A stretch of DNA of 64,000 nucleotides from Bacteroidota bacterium (GTDB lineage Bacteria > Bacteroidota > Bacteroidia > Bacteroidales > FEN-979). Of this stretch, positions 38,054 to 47,800 are shown piece by piece. The first letter of the stretch is position 1. Every line of letters begins with the position of its first letter. The notes beneath the pieces are model-generated. The model saw only the letters and a list, made by a program, of their open reading frames with translations, ran no database searches and was not told the origin of the DNA. The translations under genes and the position numbers were made by a program. The stretch lies in contig JAPLDI010000049.1 of the NCBI GenBank assembly GCA_026391795.1, positions 98,594-162,593 on the forward strand, given 5' to 3'.

Positions 38054-38604
38054 TGTCTCCTTTAGTTTGCATTCAAAAGTATTCACCAGCCCGGGCGATC
38101 TTTATTTTGCTGTCGCTGCTGTTGATTTCATGCAGTGAACAACCACAGCCATCGAGATCCACCAGGAATCTTAGCATGATGAGTGACAGCCTGGTAAATT
38201 TCAATCGTGCGGTCATTTTATCAGAGAATCAGCAGATCGAGGATTTTGTTGGCCGCTATGGGTGGAAGATGCAAAAAACGGGTACAGGCCTCCGATACCT
38301 TATTTTCAAAAAAGGAGAGGGAATAAAGGCGGAAAAAGGGAAAGTGGCCGTGATCAGGTATACTTTGCGTCTACTGAATGGAAATCTAATTTATAGTTCT
38401 GAAAAAAGTGGATTGAAGGAATTCAAGATCGGCTATGGTGGCGTCGAAAGTGGGGTAGAGGAAGGAATTTTGTTTATGCAGGTTGGTGACCGAGCGAAAT
38501 TTATAGTACCTTCGCACCTCGCTTTCGGGTTACTGGGCGATCAGAACAAGATTCCACAACGTGCAACTCTTGTCTATGATATCGAACTGGTAAAATTAAA
38601 ATAA
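38053..38604 (+). CDS. FKBP-type peptidyl-prolyl isomerase, lipoprotein
   Basis: The ATG overlaps the nrnA TGA. Lipobox LLLISC. FKBP core GGVESGVEEGILFMQVGDRAKFIVPSHLAFG. Confidence 0.8.
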   Translation: MSPLVCIQKYSPARAIFILLSLLLISCSEQPQPSRSTRNLSMMSDSLVNFNRAVILSENQQIEDFVGRYGWKMQKTGTGLRYLIFKKGEGIKAEKGKVAVIRYTLRLLNGNLIYSSEKSGLKEFKIGYGGVESGVEEGILFMQVGDRAKFIVPSHLAFGLLGDQNKIPQRATLVYDIELVKLK

Positions 38605-38629
38605 CGTTAACAAAAACAATTTATTCATT

Positions 38630-39946
38630 ATGAAAAAAACATTCTTCAAGCTGTTGGCACTGGTAATGATTGTTGCAGTTGCTGGATCATGTACCTCAAA
38701 GTATCCCGGGTTCAAGAAATCTGATTCCGGGCTATACTATAAACTATACAGCGTAAGCAAAGACACCGTAAAACCGAAACTTAAGGATTGGATCGCTATG
38801 GAGTACAAGCTGGTGGTTAAATCCAAAGGAAAGGACAGCACTTTTATTGATAGCAGGAAATCCCAGCAAGGACCTTTACGGATGCAGTTACCTCCTTCCG
38901 ATTACAAAGGCGATATTTATGAGGGTATGCGTATGCTTGCTGCAGGCGATAGTGGTGAGTTCATCGTCAATGCTGACTCGCTTTTCAGGAAAACGTTCCG
39001 TCAGGGAGCCCGTCCCCCTTATATCGACAGCAATTCAGTAGCGACGTTCTTCATTCATATGGTTAGCGTTAGTTCTCCGGAAGCAATGCAGAAGAAGGAA
39101 AAGGAGACATTGGCTAAATTTATTGCCGATAACAAGATCACAGTGACACCAAAAGCTTCCGGACTCTATTATATTCCGGAAACGGAAGGAAAAGGAGTTA
39201 AAATTGATTCCGGATGCCAAGTCGTTTATAATGTGAAGATCTCTACCATCGAAGGTAAGCAGGTATTTGCCCAGGACAGTATGAAATTTGTGTTTGGCAA
39301 ACGCCCGGATATGCGCGGTTTCGTTGAAGGAATCCAATTGATGACAAAAGGAGGGAAAGCCCGCCTGATCCTTCCGTCAGAACTTGCTTTCGGGGAACGC
39401 GGATACCGAGAAATTCCTCCCTATACTTCGATCATTTATGATATTAAGGTGCTTGATGTGAAATCAAAAGCTGATTATTCCAAGATTGAAGCGGCCGAGA
39501 AGAAGAAACAGGAAGCTGAGAAAAAGAAGCAGGATGAAAAGAAAGCAGGCGCAAAAAAAGCAGAGGCAGGTCTTCGACAGAAATACCTGAAAGATCATAA
39601 AATCACTGCAACGCCCACCGCCAGTGGCCTGTATTATATTGAGACCGCAAAAGGAACCGGCCCTAAGGTAAAAGCAGGCAGCAAAGTAAGTGTTCATTAT
39701 ACAGGAACCTTGCTTGACGGAAAGAAATTTGATTCTTCCCGCGACCATGGTGGAAAGCCTTTCGAACTCGAAGTAGGGAAAGGAAATGTGATCAAAGGTT
39801 GGGATGAAGGACTTCAGTTGATGAGCAAAGGCGGAAAGGCTATCCTTATCGTTCCGTCATCGATCGGCTATGGTGCGCAGGACATGGGCTCCATACCGGC
39901 ATATTCAACACTGGTATTCGACATTGAAGTGCTGGATGTAAAATAG
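38630..39946 (+). CDS. Multi-domain FKBP-type peptidyl-prolyl isomerase (three FKBP-like modules, Lys/Glu-rich linker)
   Basis: Lipoprotein signal VAGSC. The final domain is canonical (VHYTGTLLDGKKFDSS...VIKGWDEGLQLMSKGGKAILIVPSSIGYG). Linker is EAAEKKKQEAEKKKQDEKKAGAKKAE. Confidence 0.8.
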   Translation: MKKTFFKLLALVMIVAVAGSCTSKYPGFKKSDSGLYYKLYSVSKDTVKPKLKDWIAMEYKLVVKSKGKDSTFIDSRKSQQGPLRMQLPPSDYKGDIYEGMRMLAAGDSGEFIVNADSLFRKTFRQGARPPYIDSNSVATFFIHMVSVSSPEAMQKKEKETLAKFIADNKITVTPKASGLYYIPETEGKGVKIDSGCQVVYNVKISTIEGKQVFAQDSMKFVFGKRPDMRGFVEGIQLMTKGGKARLILPSELAFGERGYREIPPYTSIIYDIKVLDVKSKADYSKIEAAEKKKQEAEKKKQDEKKAGAKKAEAGLRQKYLKDHKITATPTASGLYYIETAKGTGPKVKAGSKVSVHYTGTLLDGKKFDSSRDHGGKPFELEVGKGNVIKGWDEGLQLMSKGGKAILIVPSSIGYGAQDMGSIPAYSTLVFDIEVLDVK

Positions 39947-39957
39947 TCCGCAGAAAA

Positions 39958-41979
39958 TTATTTTGACTCCAGGAGCTTTTCCAGTGCAAAGAGTTCATCT
40001 CTGAACCTGGCAGCCTCCAGGAAATCCAGCTCCTTTACGGCAGATTCCATGGATTTCCGGGTTTTGGCAACAAGCTTCTGGAGTTTTTCTTTTGTCATGT
40101 ACCGGATCACAGGATCTGCTGCAACATCCACTTCTTCCTTCTCGTAGTATGTGGCGGATGATTGTCCCTTTGTTCCGGCTATTGCAGTCTGACCGAGGAT
40201 ATCGGTCATTGACTTTACAATCTGCGCAGGGATGATATTATTCTCCAGGTTATAACTGATCTGTTTTTCCCTCCGGCGGTTTGTTTCGTTGATCATCCGC
40301 TGCATCGAATCAGTCATTTTGTCTGCATACATGATCACCCTGCTGTTGATGTTTCTGGCAGCTCTTCCTGCTGTCTGGGTGAGAGAACGCTCGGAACGCA
40401 GAAATCCCTCCTTGTCTGCATCCAGGATGGCAACCAGAGAAACTTCCGGAAGGTCAAGTCCTTCCCTAAGCAGGTTTACCCCTACCAGTACGTCAAATGT
40501 TCCCATTCGCAGGTCGCGCAGGATCTCAACCCGTTCAAGCGTATCCACATCCGAATGTATGTATCTGCATTTCACATCCATCCGGGTGAGGTATTTTGCC
40601 AGCTCCTCAGCCATCCTTTTCGTCAGTGTAGTCACAAGGGTCCGTTCATTCTTTTTAATACGCTGATCGATCTCTTCCATCAGGTCATCGATCTGATTCA
40701 GGCTGGGCCTGACCTCGACTATGGGGTCGAGTAAACCGGTCGGCCGGATGACCTGTTCGACGATCACACCCTGGCATTTTTGCAATTCATAATCGGCTGG
40801 GGTCGCACTCACAAAGAGTGCCTGGTTTACCATCACTTCGAATTCATCAAATTTGAGGGGACGGTTGTCCATGGCGGAAGGAAGCCGGAACCCATATTCA
40901 ACGAGGTTCTGCTTGCGTGAACGGTCCCCTCCGAACATCGCCCTGATCTGGGGAATCGTGACATGGCTCTCGTCAATGATCATCAGGTAATCGTCCGGAA
41001 AATAATCGAGCAAGCAGAAGGGCCTGGAACCCGAAGCACGGCCGTCAAAATAACGGGAATAATTCTCAATTCCCGAACAGTATCCAAGTTCCCGCATCAT
41101 CTCGATGTCATAGCTTACGCGCTCTTCCAGTCGTTTTGCCTCATAGTCCTTGCCGATCTCATGAAAATAGGTAACTTGTTTCATCATGTCATCCTGTATC
41201 TCGTAGATCGCCTGTTGCATCTTGTCCTTGGAAGTCACAAAAATATTGGCAGGATAGATGGAGAGTTTCTGAACAGAATCCATTCTCGAGCCGTTTACAG
41301 GGTCGATCGATTCAATGGATTCAATCTCATCTCCATAAAAGATGATCCTGAATGCATAATCCAGGTAAGCTGGAAAGATATCGACCGTATCACCTTTCAC
41401 CCTGAATTTTCCCCGTGTAAAATCTGTTTCTGTTCTTGAATAGAGGCTGCTGACCAGGGCATGAAGGAAGTTATTCCGGCTGATCTTTTCCTTTACCTCA
41501 AAGTGGATGATGTTTTGCGCGAAGTCATCCGGATTGCCGATGCCATAGATGCATGAAACCGAGGAAACGATGATCACATCGCGCCGGCCGGAGAGCAAGG
41601 CAGAGGAGGCACTGAGCCGGAGTTTCTCGATCTCTTCGTTGATGGAAAGGTCTTTCTCTATGTAAGTATTCGTTACCGGAATAAATGCTTCCGGCTGGTA
41701 ATAATCATAATAGGAAACAAAAAATTCCACGGCATTCTCTGGAAAGAACTGTTTGAATTCTCCGTAAAGTTGTGCTGCCAGTGTCTTGTTGTGACTCAGT
41801 ACGAGAGCCGGCCGCTGGACCTGCTGAAGCACATTTGCGATCGTGAAGGTCTTCCCCGACCCGGTAACACCCAGCAGTACCTGGGCAGGGTCGCCGCGTT
41901 CAACTCCTTCCACGAGTTGCCGTATTGCTTCCGGCTGGTCGCCGGTTGGTTTGAATTCTGATGTCAGTTTGAACTCCAT
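39958..41979 (-). CDS. uvrB: Excinuclease ABC subunit B
   Basis: GVTGSGKTFT, DESHVT, helicase motifs and the C-terminal UVR domain (EAARFRDEL). Confidence 0.97.
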   Translation of the reverse strand: MEFKLTSEFKPTGDQPEAIRQLVEGVERGDPAQVLLGVTGSGKTFTIANVLQQVQRPALVLSHNKTLAAQLYGEFKQFFPENAVEFFVSYYDYYQPEAFIPVTNTYIEKDLSINEEIEKLRLSASSALLSGRRDVIIVSSVSCIYGIGNPDDFAQNIIHFEVKEKISRNNFLHALVSSLYSRTETDFTRGKFRVKGDTVDIFPAYLDYAFRIIFYGDEIESIESIDPVNGSRMDSVQKLSIYPANIFVTSKDKMQQAIYEIQDDMMKQVTYFHEIGKDYEAKRLEERVSYDIEMMRELGYCSGIENYSRYFDGRASGSRPFCLLDYFPDDYLMIIDESHVTIPQIRAMFGGDRSRKQNLVEYGFRLPSAMDNRPLKFDEFEVMVNQALFVSATPADYELQKCQGVIVEQVIRPTGLLDPIVEVRPSLNQIDDLMEEIDQRIKKNERTLVTTLTKRMAEELAKYLTRMDVKCRYIHSDVDTLERVEILRDLRMGTFDVLVGVNLLREGLDLPEVSLVAILDADKEGFLRSERSLTQTAGRAARNINSRVIMYADKMTDSMQRMINETNRRREKQISYNLENNIIPAQIVKSMTDILGQTAIAGTKGQSSATYYEKEEVDVAADPVIRYMTKEKLQKLVAKTRKSMESAVKELDFLEAARFRDELFALEKLLESK

Positions 41980-42053
41980 GATTTGAGAATAACACTACAA
42001 ACGGGGATACGTTTACCCTCTAATTAATTTTACCCCTGAGGGTCAATGAGCAT

Positions 42054-42085
42054 TATTTTCGCTATTTCGCCAATTCACCATTTCG
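42054..42085. repeat. Four 8-mers (tattttcg ctatttcg ccaattca ccatttcg) abutting the stop codon at 42086
   Basis: Read directly. Related to the TTCACCAG family. Confidence 0.65.
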
Positions 42086-43240
42086 TTACCTCTTTTTCAG
42101 GAATACCTGGATCGGGTAATGATCCGAAAGATTAACGCTGTTTCTGCTGTAATTGTATGCCGAAAATGCATCATCATAGAGAATGTAATCGATCCTGAAG
42201 GAAGGGAAGCTGCCTGCATAGGTACTACCAAGGAAACCCGTTCCGGCATTACAGAATGAATCGTGAAAACCGGATGTCATTTGCTGATAAGTATAAGAGG
42301 CAGGAGTATCGTTGAAGTCACCGCAGATGATAACCGGAAAGTGTGAGTTTTTTATGTTTTCTTTCAAAATATCCACCTGCTTTGCCCGGATCTCAAAAGC
42401 CTTTCTCAATTTTGAAAAGATGATGAAAGAGCCTTCCCCGAGATCAAAATTGTCATCCGGCTCTTTGGCCTGGTCAGTGAGCTGCGCATAAAATGAATAG
42501 TCATTCTTTCCGAAACGGATAGATTCCAGGTGGATGTTGAATACGCGGACCGTGTCTTTCCCAATGGCAAGGTCCGTATAAACAGCAAAGATGTTCCGTT
42601 TGCTGATCCTGAGGTGCCCGACAGCGACGATTGGAAAACGGGAAAAAGTGGCGATTGCAAAAATCTTTCGTTTGTCTTTTATTTCCACGTAGTTTTTGAT
42701 GAACGAATAGTTTGTGTGCAGTCCTCCCGTGAATTTTTGCAGAACCTTAAGGCTGTCTTCGCTTCTCAGAAAAAATTCCTGTATGCAAAGGATGTCGGGA
42801 TTTTGCTGAACCAGGAAATCAGTTACTTTGGAAAGCATCCGGCCTCTTGCCTTTCCCTTTTCATGTGGTTGATGGATCTCGTAAAGGCTGTGTACATTGT
42901 ATGAAATGATTTTTATGCCTCCGGAGGCGATTGCCTGAGTTGATGGTTTCCTGTACTGAACGATGGAAAGTATGTGGTTTATCCCCAGCGAAATTACAAT
43001 GATGGAGATCCAGATGAACCGTTTCCAGAAGAGAAGCCAGAGCAGGACGAAAAACAGGTTCAGCGCCAGCAGGAATGGATAGGCAAGTCCGAAGAACGAA
43101 AAAATCCAGTAACGGGCAGGGCTGATATATGATGCAGCATAAGCAAGGAGAAGTGCAATTGCAGCCAGGATATTGAGCACCAGCATCACTCTGCGCAGGA
43201 ATGGATGTCCTTTACCTTTTTTCTTTGCAGTCATGATCAA
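42086..43240 (-). CDS. Membrane-anchored endonuclease/exonuclease/phosphatase (EEP) family protein
   Basis: N-terminal TM helices. EEP motifs ISYNVHS, CIQEF, GDFNDTP and SDHYPI. Confidence 0.75.
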   Translation of the reverse strand: MIMTAKKKGKGHPFLRRVMLVLNILAAIALLLAYAASYISPARYWIFSFFGLAYPFLLALNLFFVLLWLLFWKRFIWISIIVISLGINHILSIVQYRKPSTQAIASGGIKIISYNVHSLYEIHQPHEKGKARGRMLSKVTDFLVQQNPDILCIQEFFLRSEDSLKVLQKFTGGLHTNYSFIKNYVEIKDKRKIFAIATFSRFPIVAVGHLRISKRNIFAVYTDLAIGKDTVRVFNIHLESIRFGKNDYSFYAQLTDQAKEPDDNFDLGEGSFIIFSKLRKAFEIRAKQVDILKENIKNSHFPVIICGDFNDTPASYTYQQMTSGFHDSFCNAGTGFLGSTYAGSFPSFRIDYILYDDAFSAYNYSRNSVNLSDHYPIQVFLKKR

Positions 43241-44157
43241 CTGTTTTTACCGGATGACCGGAAGAGAAAATCCTTTTCTTCTTTTGTCAGGCTGTCATAG
43301 CCTCCCCTGGAGATTTTTTCCAGGATGGTATCGATTTTTTTCTGATGGAAATTCTTTTCCACATTGTAATCCTCATCCGTTTTAGGCCTTTCGGAATAGG
43401 GTGTTCCGGACGAAACGCGGGGACGGGGTCTGAAAAGTTTTCCGATGTTATTCATAAGGGAAGAAAATACACCCGCCGAATATGTATAATTTGTTTTGCG
43501 CATCCACAAAGAAATGAAGTATCCGAAAACTGCACCGCCAATGTGGGCAATATGACCACCGGCATTCCCGGTGGGAATGGCAAAGAAATCAAAAATGAAA
43601 AGTAGAATGGCAAGGTAAAGAATCCTGATCCTGCCGATAAAAATCAATTGGATCGAATAGTTCGGGACAAAGAATGAGATGGCCGTCACGATTGCCATGA
43701 CCGATGCTGAGGCTCCCAGCGCTACGCTGACATCAATCGATTCCTGGAATTTAGGAAAAATATTAAAGGCAAGGATGTAAAGCAATCCGCCGGCAAGGCC
43801 GCCGGCAATGTAAGTGAATAGCAACTGCCGTGAAGTGAGGTATTCCATAAATATCTTGCCGAACCAGAACAGCCACATCATATTGAAGAGGATGTGCCAG
43901 AAGTCGAGGTGGAGGAACATATATGTAAAGAGCGTCCAGGGACGCGATGCCAGTTCAGAAAGGTTGGCGGGTAAGGCGAAGTAGTCAAGGATCAGCTTGT
44001 CAAGTGCAATTTCCGGATGGTTGTATAGATAAAAGAAAACGGTAAGTGCTTTTGCCAGGATCCAGACACCGATATTTATGAAGATGAGGATGGAAAGAAC
44101 AGAGCCTCCCCTGAAGAAGTGCCTGATCTCATCCGACAGATTGCGTGAATAGTTCAT
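43237..44157 (-). CDS. Rhomboid-family intramembrane serine protease
   Basis: Polytopic protein with HLDFWHILFNM, GASASV and HIAHIGGAVFG motifs, plus a C-terminal soluble tail. Confidence 0.75.
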   Translation of the reverse strand: MNYSRNLSDEIRHFFRGGSVLSILIFINIGVWILAKALTVFFYLYNHPEIALDKLILDYFALPANLSELASRPWTLFTYMFLHLDFWHILFNMMWLFWFGKIFMEYLTSRQLLFTYIAGGLAGGLLYILAFNIFPKFQESIDVSVALGASASVMAIVTAISFFVPNYSIQLIFIGRIRILYLAILLFIFDFFAIPTGNAGGHIAHIGGAVFGYFISLWMRKTNYTYSAGVFSSLMNNIGKLFRPRPRVSSGTPYSERPKTDEDYNVEKNFHQKKIDTILEKISRGGYDSLTKEEKDFLFRSSGKNS

Positions 44158-44171
44158 CGTCCTTTCCTGGG

Positions 44172-45032
44172 TTATCTTGAAAACGGTCTTTTCTTCCAGT
44201 ATAGTATTAAAAGCAAACCAAAAACCATTCCCCCCAGATGTGCAAAGTGAGCCACATTATCCGTTGGATTATTCCGGAGGCCTGAAAAAAGTTCAAGTGC
44301 TCCAAAGCCTAAAACAGCCCACTTCGCTTTGATCGGGACCAGGAAATAGAGGTAGATAAGCATGTTTGGAAACGTCATTCCAAAGGCGAGAAGTATTCCA
44401 TATATTGCGCCTGAAGCGCCAACAGTCGGGACAGAAAGGTAAATACCCTGAAGGTCGGCAATGTATTTAAACGATTGCTGTACCAGATTCTGGCTCTCCG
44501 GATGCTGCTGCCAGCCTGCTATAAAGCCAATCACCTGTTCCGAATAATTTGGGAAATGGGCGCTTACAAAACCATTGAAGGCAGCCGGAGATGGATTTTT
44601 CATATAAATTTCGGCAGCTGACTGGATTGAAGAGTAATCAAGCCAGTGTACGAAGGTTTGTGTGAAAGCAGCACCGATTCCACAAAACATATAAAAAATA
44701 AGGAAGCGTTTTGATCCCCAGTAGTTTTCAAGGAGATATCCGAACATCCAGAGCGCAAATAAATTGAAGAAGATGTGACCGAAGTTCGCGTGGATGAACA
44801 TATATGTTACAAACTGGTAAGGCTGGAAGAGAGGAGATTTGATATAGTAAAGGCCACAAATTTTTTCCAGGTCAATCCCATACTTGGACAGGGAGATCGT
44901 TGCCAGAAAAAACAAGCCGTTGATGATCAGCAAGTTTTTAACGACAGGGGGAAGCAGGGTGAACCCAGTGGGGCTGTATTGCTGGTCGCTCATTTGTTCT
45001 TTCTTATTTGAATTTTTTATCGAGGTCATCAA
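44172..45032 (-). CDS. Rhomboid-family intramembrane serine protease
   Basis: HANFGHIFFNL, GASGAIYG and HFAHLGGMVFG motifs. The start may be the internal Met at 44993, which would remove the overlap with mutL. Confidence 0.8.
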   Translation of the reverse strand: MMTSIKNSNKKEQMSDQQYSPTGFTLLPPVVKNLLIINGLFFLATISLSKYGIDLEKICGLYYIKSPLFQPYQFVTYMFIHANFGHIFFNLFALWMFGYLLENYWGSKRFLIFYMFCGIGAAFTQTFVHWLDYSSIQSAAEIYMKNPSPAAFNGFVSAHFPNYSEQVIGFIAGWQQHPESQNLVQQSFKYIADLQGIYLSVPTVGASGAIYGILLAFGMTFPNMLIYLYFLVPIKAKWAVLGFGALELFSGLRNNPTDNVAHFAHLGGMVFGLLLILYWKKRPFSR

Positions 45033-46854
45033 AACTGATGAAGATCATTGTCGGGGTGCCATCGGGTGCCAGGTCAGGAAGCTGGCATGCAAAAAGCTGT
45101 TCAATGATGCCTTCCATCTCTTCCGTCTGAAGTTTCGCCTTCCGGAAGATGGACATGCTTTTTGACAATGACTTTGCGAGCCTGGTCTGCAACTTGATCT
45201 TACCATCATCCGTTCCTGATTTCAACCCTTCAAGGATACTTTCGAAAAGTCCGGTAATATTTTCTTCGATGCAGTCGGCCGGAATGGCTTCAATGAGGAT
45301 CGTATTCTTCCCGAATTCCCGGATCCCGAACCCGGCTTTTTCAAAAATATCAATCATCCCGATCGTAAGTTCGAAATCTTCCGGAGACAGTAGAATGGTT
45401 TGAGGATGAAGCTGGTGCTGCATAAATGGCTGGCTGGTCTCAAATGAGTTGACTAGTCGTTCATAGTAAATCCGTTCCCTTGCTTTCTGCGGATCGATGA
45501 TGACAACTCCGCTGGGTGTGGCGCTGACAATATACCGGTTCTGTGCCTGAAAGGGACGGATACGCCTTTTAAGGGAGGCATCTGTATCCCAGTTTGACAG
45601 GATATGCTGTGTTCCTTGTTCTTCCGATGGTTTTGGCTCCGTTTTGAAATGAACATCTTTTAAAGGATCGTAGAGAGGCTTCCATTGATCTTCGGTGATC
45701 CTGTTTCTTGGCTGCAGAGGTATCTCAAACTGGGGCCGGACCTTTTTTTCAAAAGGATTGTAATCAGGGTCAACGGTTATAGTAGGCGGTTTTACCTCTG
45801 CGCCTTCCGGCAATGGAGGGATTTCCATGCTGGGTTCAGTTTCAAAATCGAGGGAAGGGGTAAGATTGAATTTTCCAATGGATTGCCGGACCGAAGAATG
45901 CAAGATCGCATAGATGCTTTTTATATCCTGGAAGTTGACCTCTGTCTTGGTTGGATGAATGTTCACGTCTATGGTCTTGGGATCGACGGTGAGATATATG
46001 AAATAGGTAGGAAATGAGTCTTTGGGGATCAGTTGTTGAAAGGCGTTCTCGATGGCATGATGAAGGTATGGATTCTTGATGAAACGTCCGTTGGTAAAGA
46101 AATACTGTTCCCCTCTGGTTTTTTTTGCAAATTCAGGTTTCCCAATAAATCCATGGATATTGACAATCCCTGATTCCTGGCCCACCGGTATCAGTCGCTG
46201 GTTGTAAGCATTGCCCATAAGCGCGACGAGTCTTTGTTTCAGGTTTGATGCAGGGACCTGGTGCAAGATCCTCTCCTGGTTATACATTGTAAATGCTATT
46301 CCGGGGTTTACCAGGGCGACACGAAGAAATTCCTCGACAATATATTTCAGTTCAAGGGTATTGGATTTGAGAAAATTCCTGCGGGCAGGGACATTGAAAA
46401 AAAGGTTTTTTACGGAGATGCTGGTTCCTTCGGGAGTACTTATGGGCGACTGGCTTTTAAATTCCGATCCTTCGATCATGACGCAGGTGCCTACTTCATC
46501 ATCATTTCTCTTCGATTTCAACTCAACCTGAGCGATGGAAGCGATTGAGGCAAGGGCTTCGCCCCTGAACCCGAGGGTGTGGATGGCCATGAGGTCATTG
46601 GCGTTCTGGATCTTTGAAGTTGCATGGCGTTCAAAGCACATGCGGGCATCCCTCTCCGACAGACCGCAGCCATTATCGATCACCTGTATCAGAGTTTTTC
46701 CGGCATCCTTTATGATCAGTTTGATGTGGGTTGCTCCTGAGTCAACAGCATTTTCCAGCAATTCCTTCACTGCAGACGCAGGCCGCTGAACAACTTCTCC
46801 AGCTGCAATCTGGTTCGCGACAGAATCAGGTAATAAATGGATCAGGTCAGACAC
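45004..46854 (-). CDS. mutL: DNA mismatch repair protein MutL
   Basis: IAAGEVVQRPASAVKELLENAVDSGA, DNGCG and GFRGEAL motifs, plus the C-terminal dimerisation domain. Confidence 0.95.
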   Translation of the reverse strand: MSDLIHLLPDSVANQIAAGEVVQRPASAVKELLENAVDSGATHIKLIIKDAGKTLIQVIDNGCGLSERDARMCFERHATSKIQNANDLMAIHTLGFRGEALASIASIAQVELKSKRNDDEVGTCVMIEGSEFKSQSPISTPEGTSISVKNLFFNVPARRNFLKSNTLELKYIVEEFLRVALVNPGIAFTMYNQERILHQVPASNLKQRLVALMGNAYNQRLIPVGQESGIVNIHGFIGKPEFAKKTRGEQYFFTNGRFIKNPYLHHAIENAFQQLIPKDSFPTYFIYLTVDPKTIDVNIHPTKTEVNFQDIKSIYAILHSSVRQSIGKFNLTPSLDFETEPSMEIPPLPEGAEVKPPTITVDPDYNPFEKKVRPQFEIPLQPRNRITEDQWKPLYDPLKDVHFKTEPKPSEEQGTQHILSNWDTDASLKRRIRPFQAQNRYIVSATPSGVVIIDPQKARERIYYERLVNSFETSQPFMQHQLHPQTILLSPEDFELTIGMIDIFEKAGFGIREFGKNTILIEAIPADCIEENITGLFESILEGLKSGTDDGKIKLQTRLAKSLSKSMSIFRKAKLQTEEMEGIIEQLFACQLPDLAPDGTPTMIFISFDDLDKKFK

Positions 46855-47149
46855 AATAAATAGTACGAATAATTAATTATAAATGAGAGGTTATTTGTAT
46901 TGCCATCCTCTCGTTCTGGCGACAGGACAATACAAAAGTAGCAAAATTTTTATCCGGGACGAATACAGAAGTGAAGAGAACCAGAATCTTCAGCAGGAAT
47001 AAATACACACGCCATTCTCCTGCAAAAGTCGCAAAAAAAAAACTGAAAAAAGAGGCACTAAATCGTTTCTCGGAATTCCATCCGTATACAAGGAAGAACG
47101 GGCTTAATCTGGTTAAAGCTTCGTCTTGTCCAATACGGGAAAACGCATT

Positions 47150-47692
47150 TCAGTAGGATAGATAGAATGCCCCATAGAACACTGCGCTGTAGAACACGGT
47201 TCCGAGAACGTCGTTCAGGAAAAATGAAAATCCCTGCGTATAGTCGCGGAAAAATGCAAGTCCCATGGCATAACACTCGAGCAGACCGGCAAAGGTCTGC
47301 GGGTACATCGGGTGTGGATAGAGCCGGTCAACAAGCCATGAAGAAAAGTTAGTGATCAGGAAAAAGATCACAGCGGATATCAGCGAAGCCAATAACACAC
47401 TTCCAACATTCACTCGTTTTCGAATGGCCATTCCAACCAGAACAGTGATGGCAAAACCCACATAGACAGCAAGTATATTTGCATGCAGACCGATGATGAG
47501 ATCGCTCACAAACATTGCGGCGATTGGAATAGCAAAGGCATATTGCCTTTTATCAATATAGGTCCCTGCAAATAATGCCATAGCCGCAATCGGGGTCAAG
47601 TTTGGCCAATGGGGTAACAGACGCAGCACCGCTGCAACAATAATTACTGAAAGAGCAACAAAAAACCTCGGTGTAAAGGTCTTATATTTCAT
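47150..47692 (-). CDS. Polytopic membrane protein, DUF6580-like putative transporter component
   Basis: 180 aa with 5-6 helices. The family assignment is from memory only. Confidence 0.5.
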   Translation of the reverse strand: MKYKTFTPRFFVALSVIIVAAVLRLLPHWPNLTPIAAMALFAGTYIDKRQYAFAIPIAAMFVSDLIIGLHANILAVYVGFAITVLVGMAIRKRVNVGSVLLASLISAVIFFLITNFSSWLVDRLYPHPMYPQTFAGLLECYAMGLAFFRDYTQGFSFFLNDVLGTVFYSAVFYGAFYLSY

Positions 47693-47800
47693 TATATATT
47701 TTGGTTTAAGTTCTACAAAAATAATAAATCATTTTAATTTTACCATAAATAATTTAAAAATGTTTTTATTTGCCTTCTCTAACCAATTGAATGGACCCTG

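Noticed and set aside
46971-47156. 61-aa highly basic ORF in the mutL upstream spacer
   Set aside because: It has a GTG start, Lys/Arg-rich low-complexity translation partly derived from an A10 run, and no promoter motif. It is probably not a gene.
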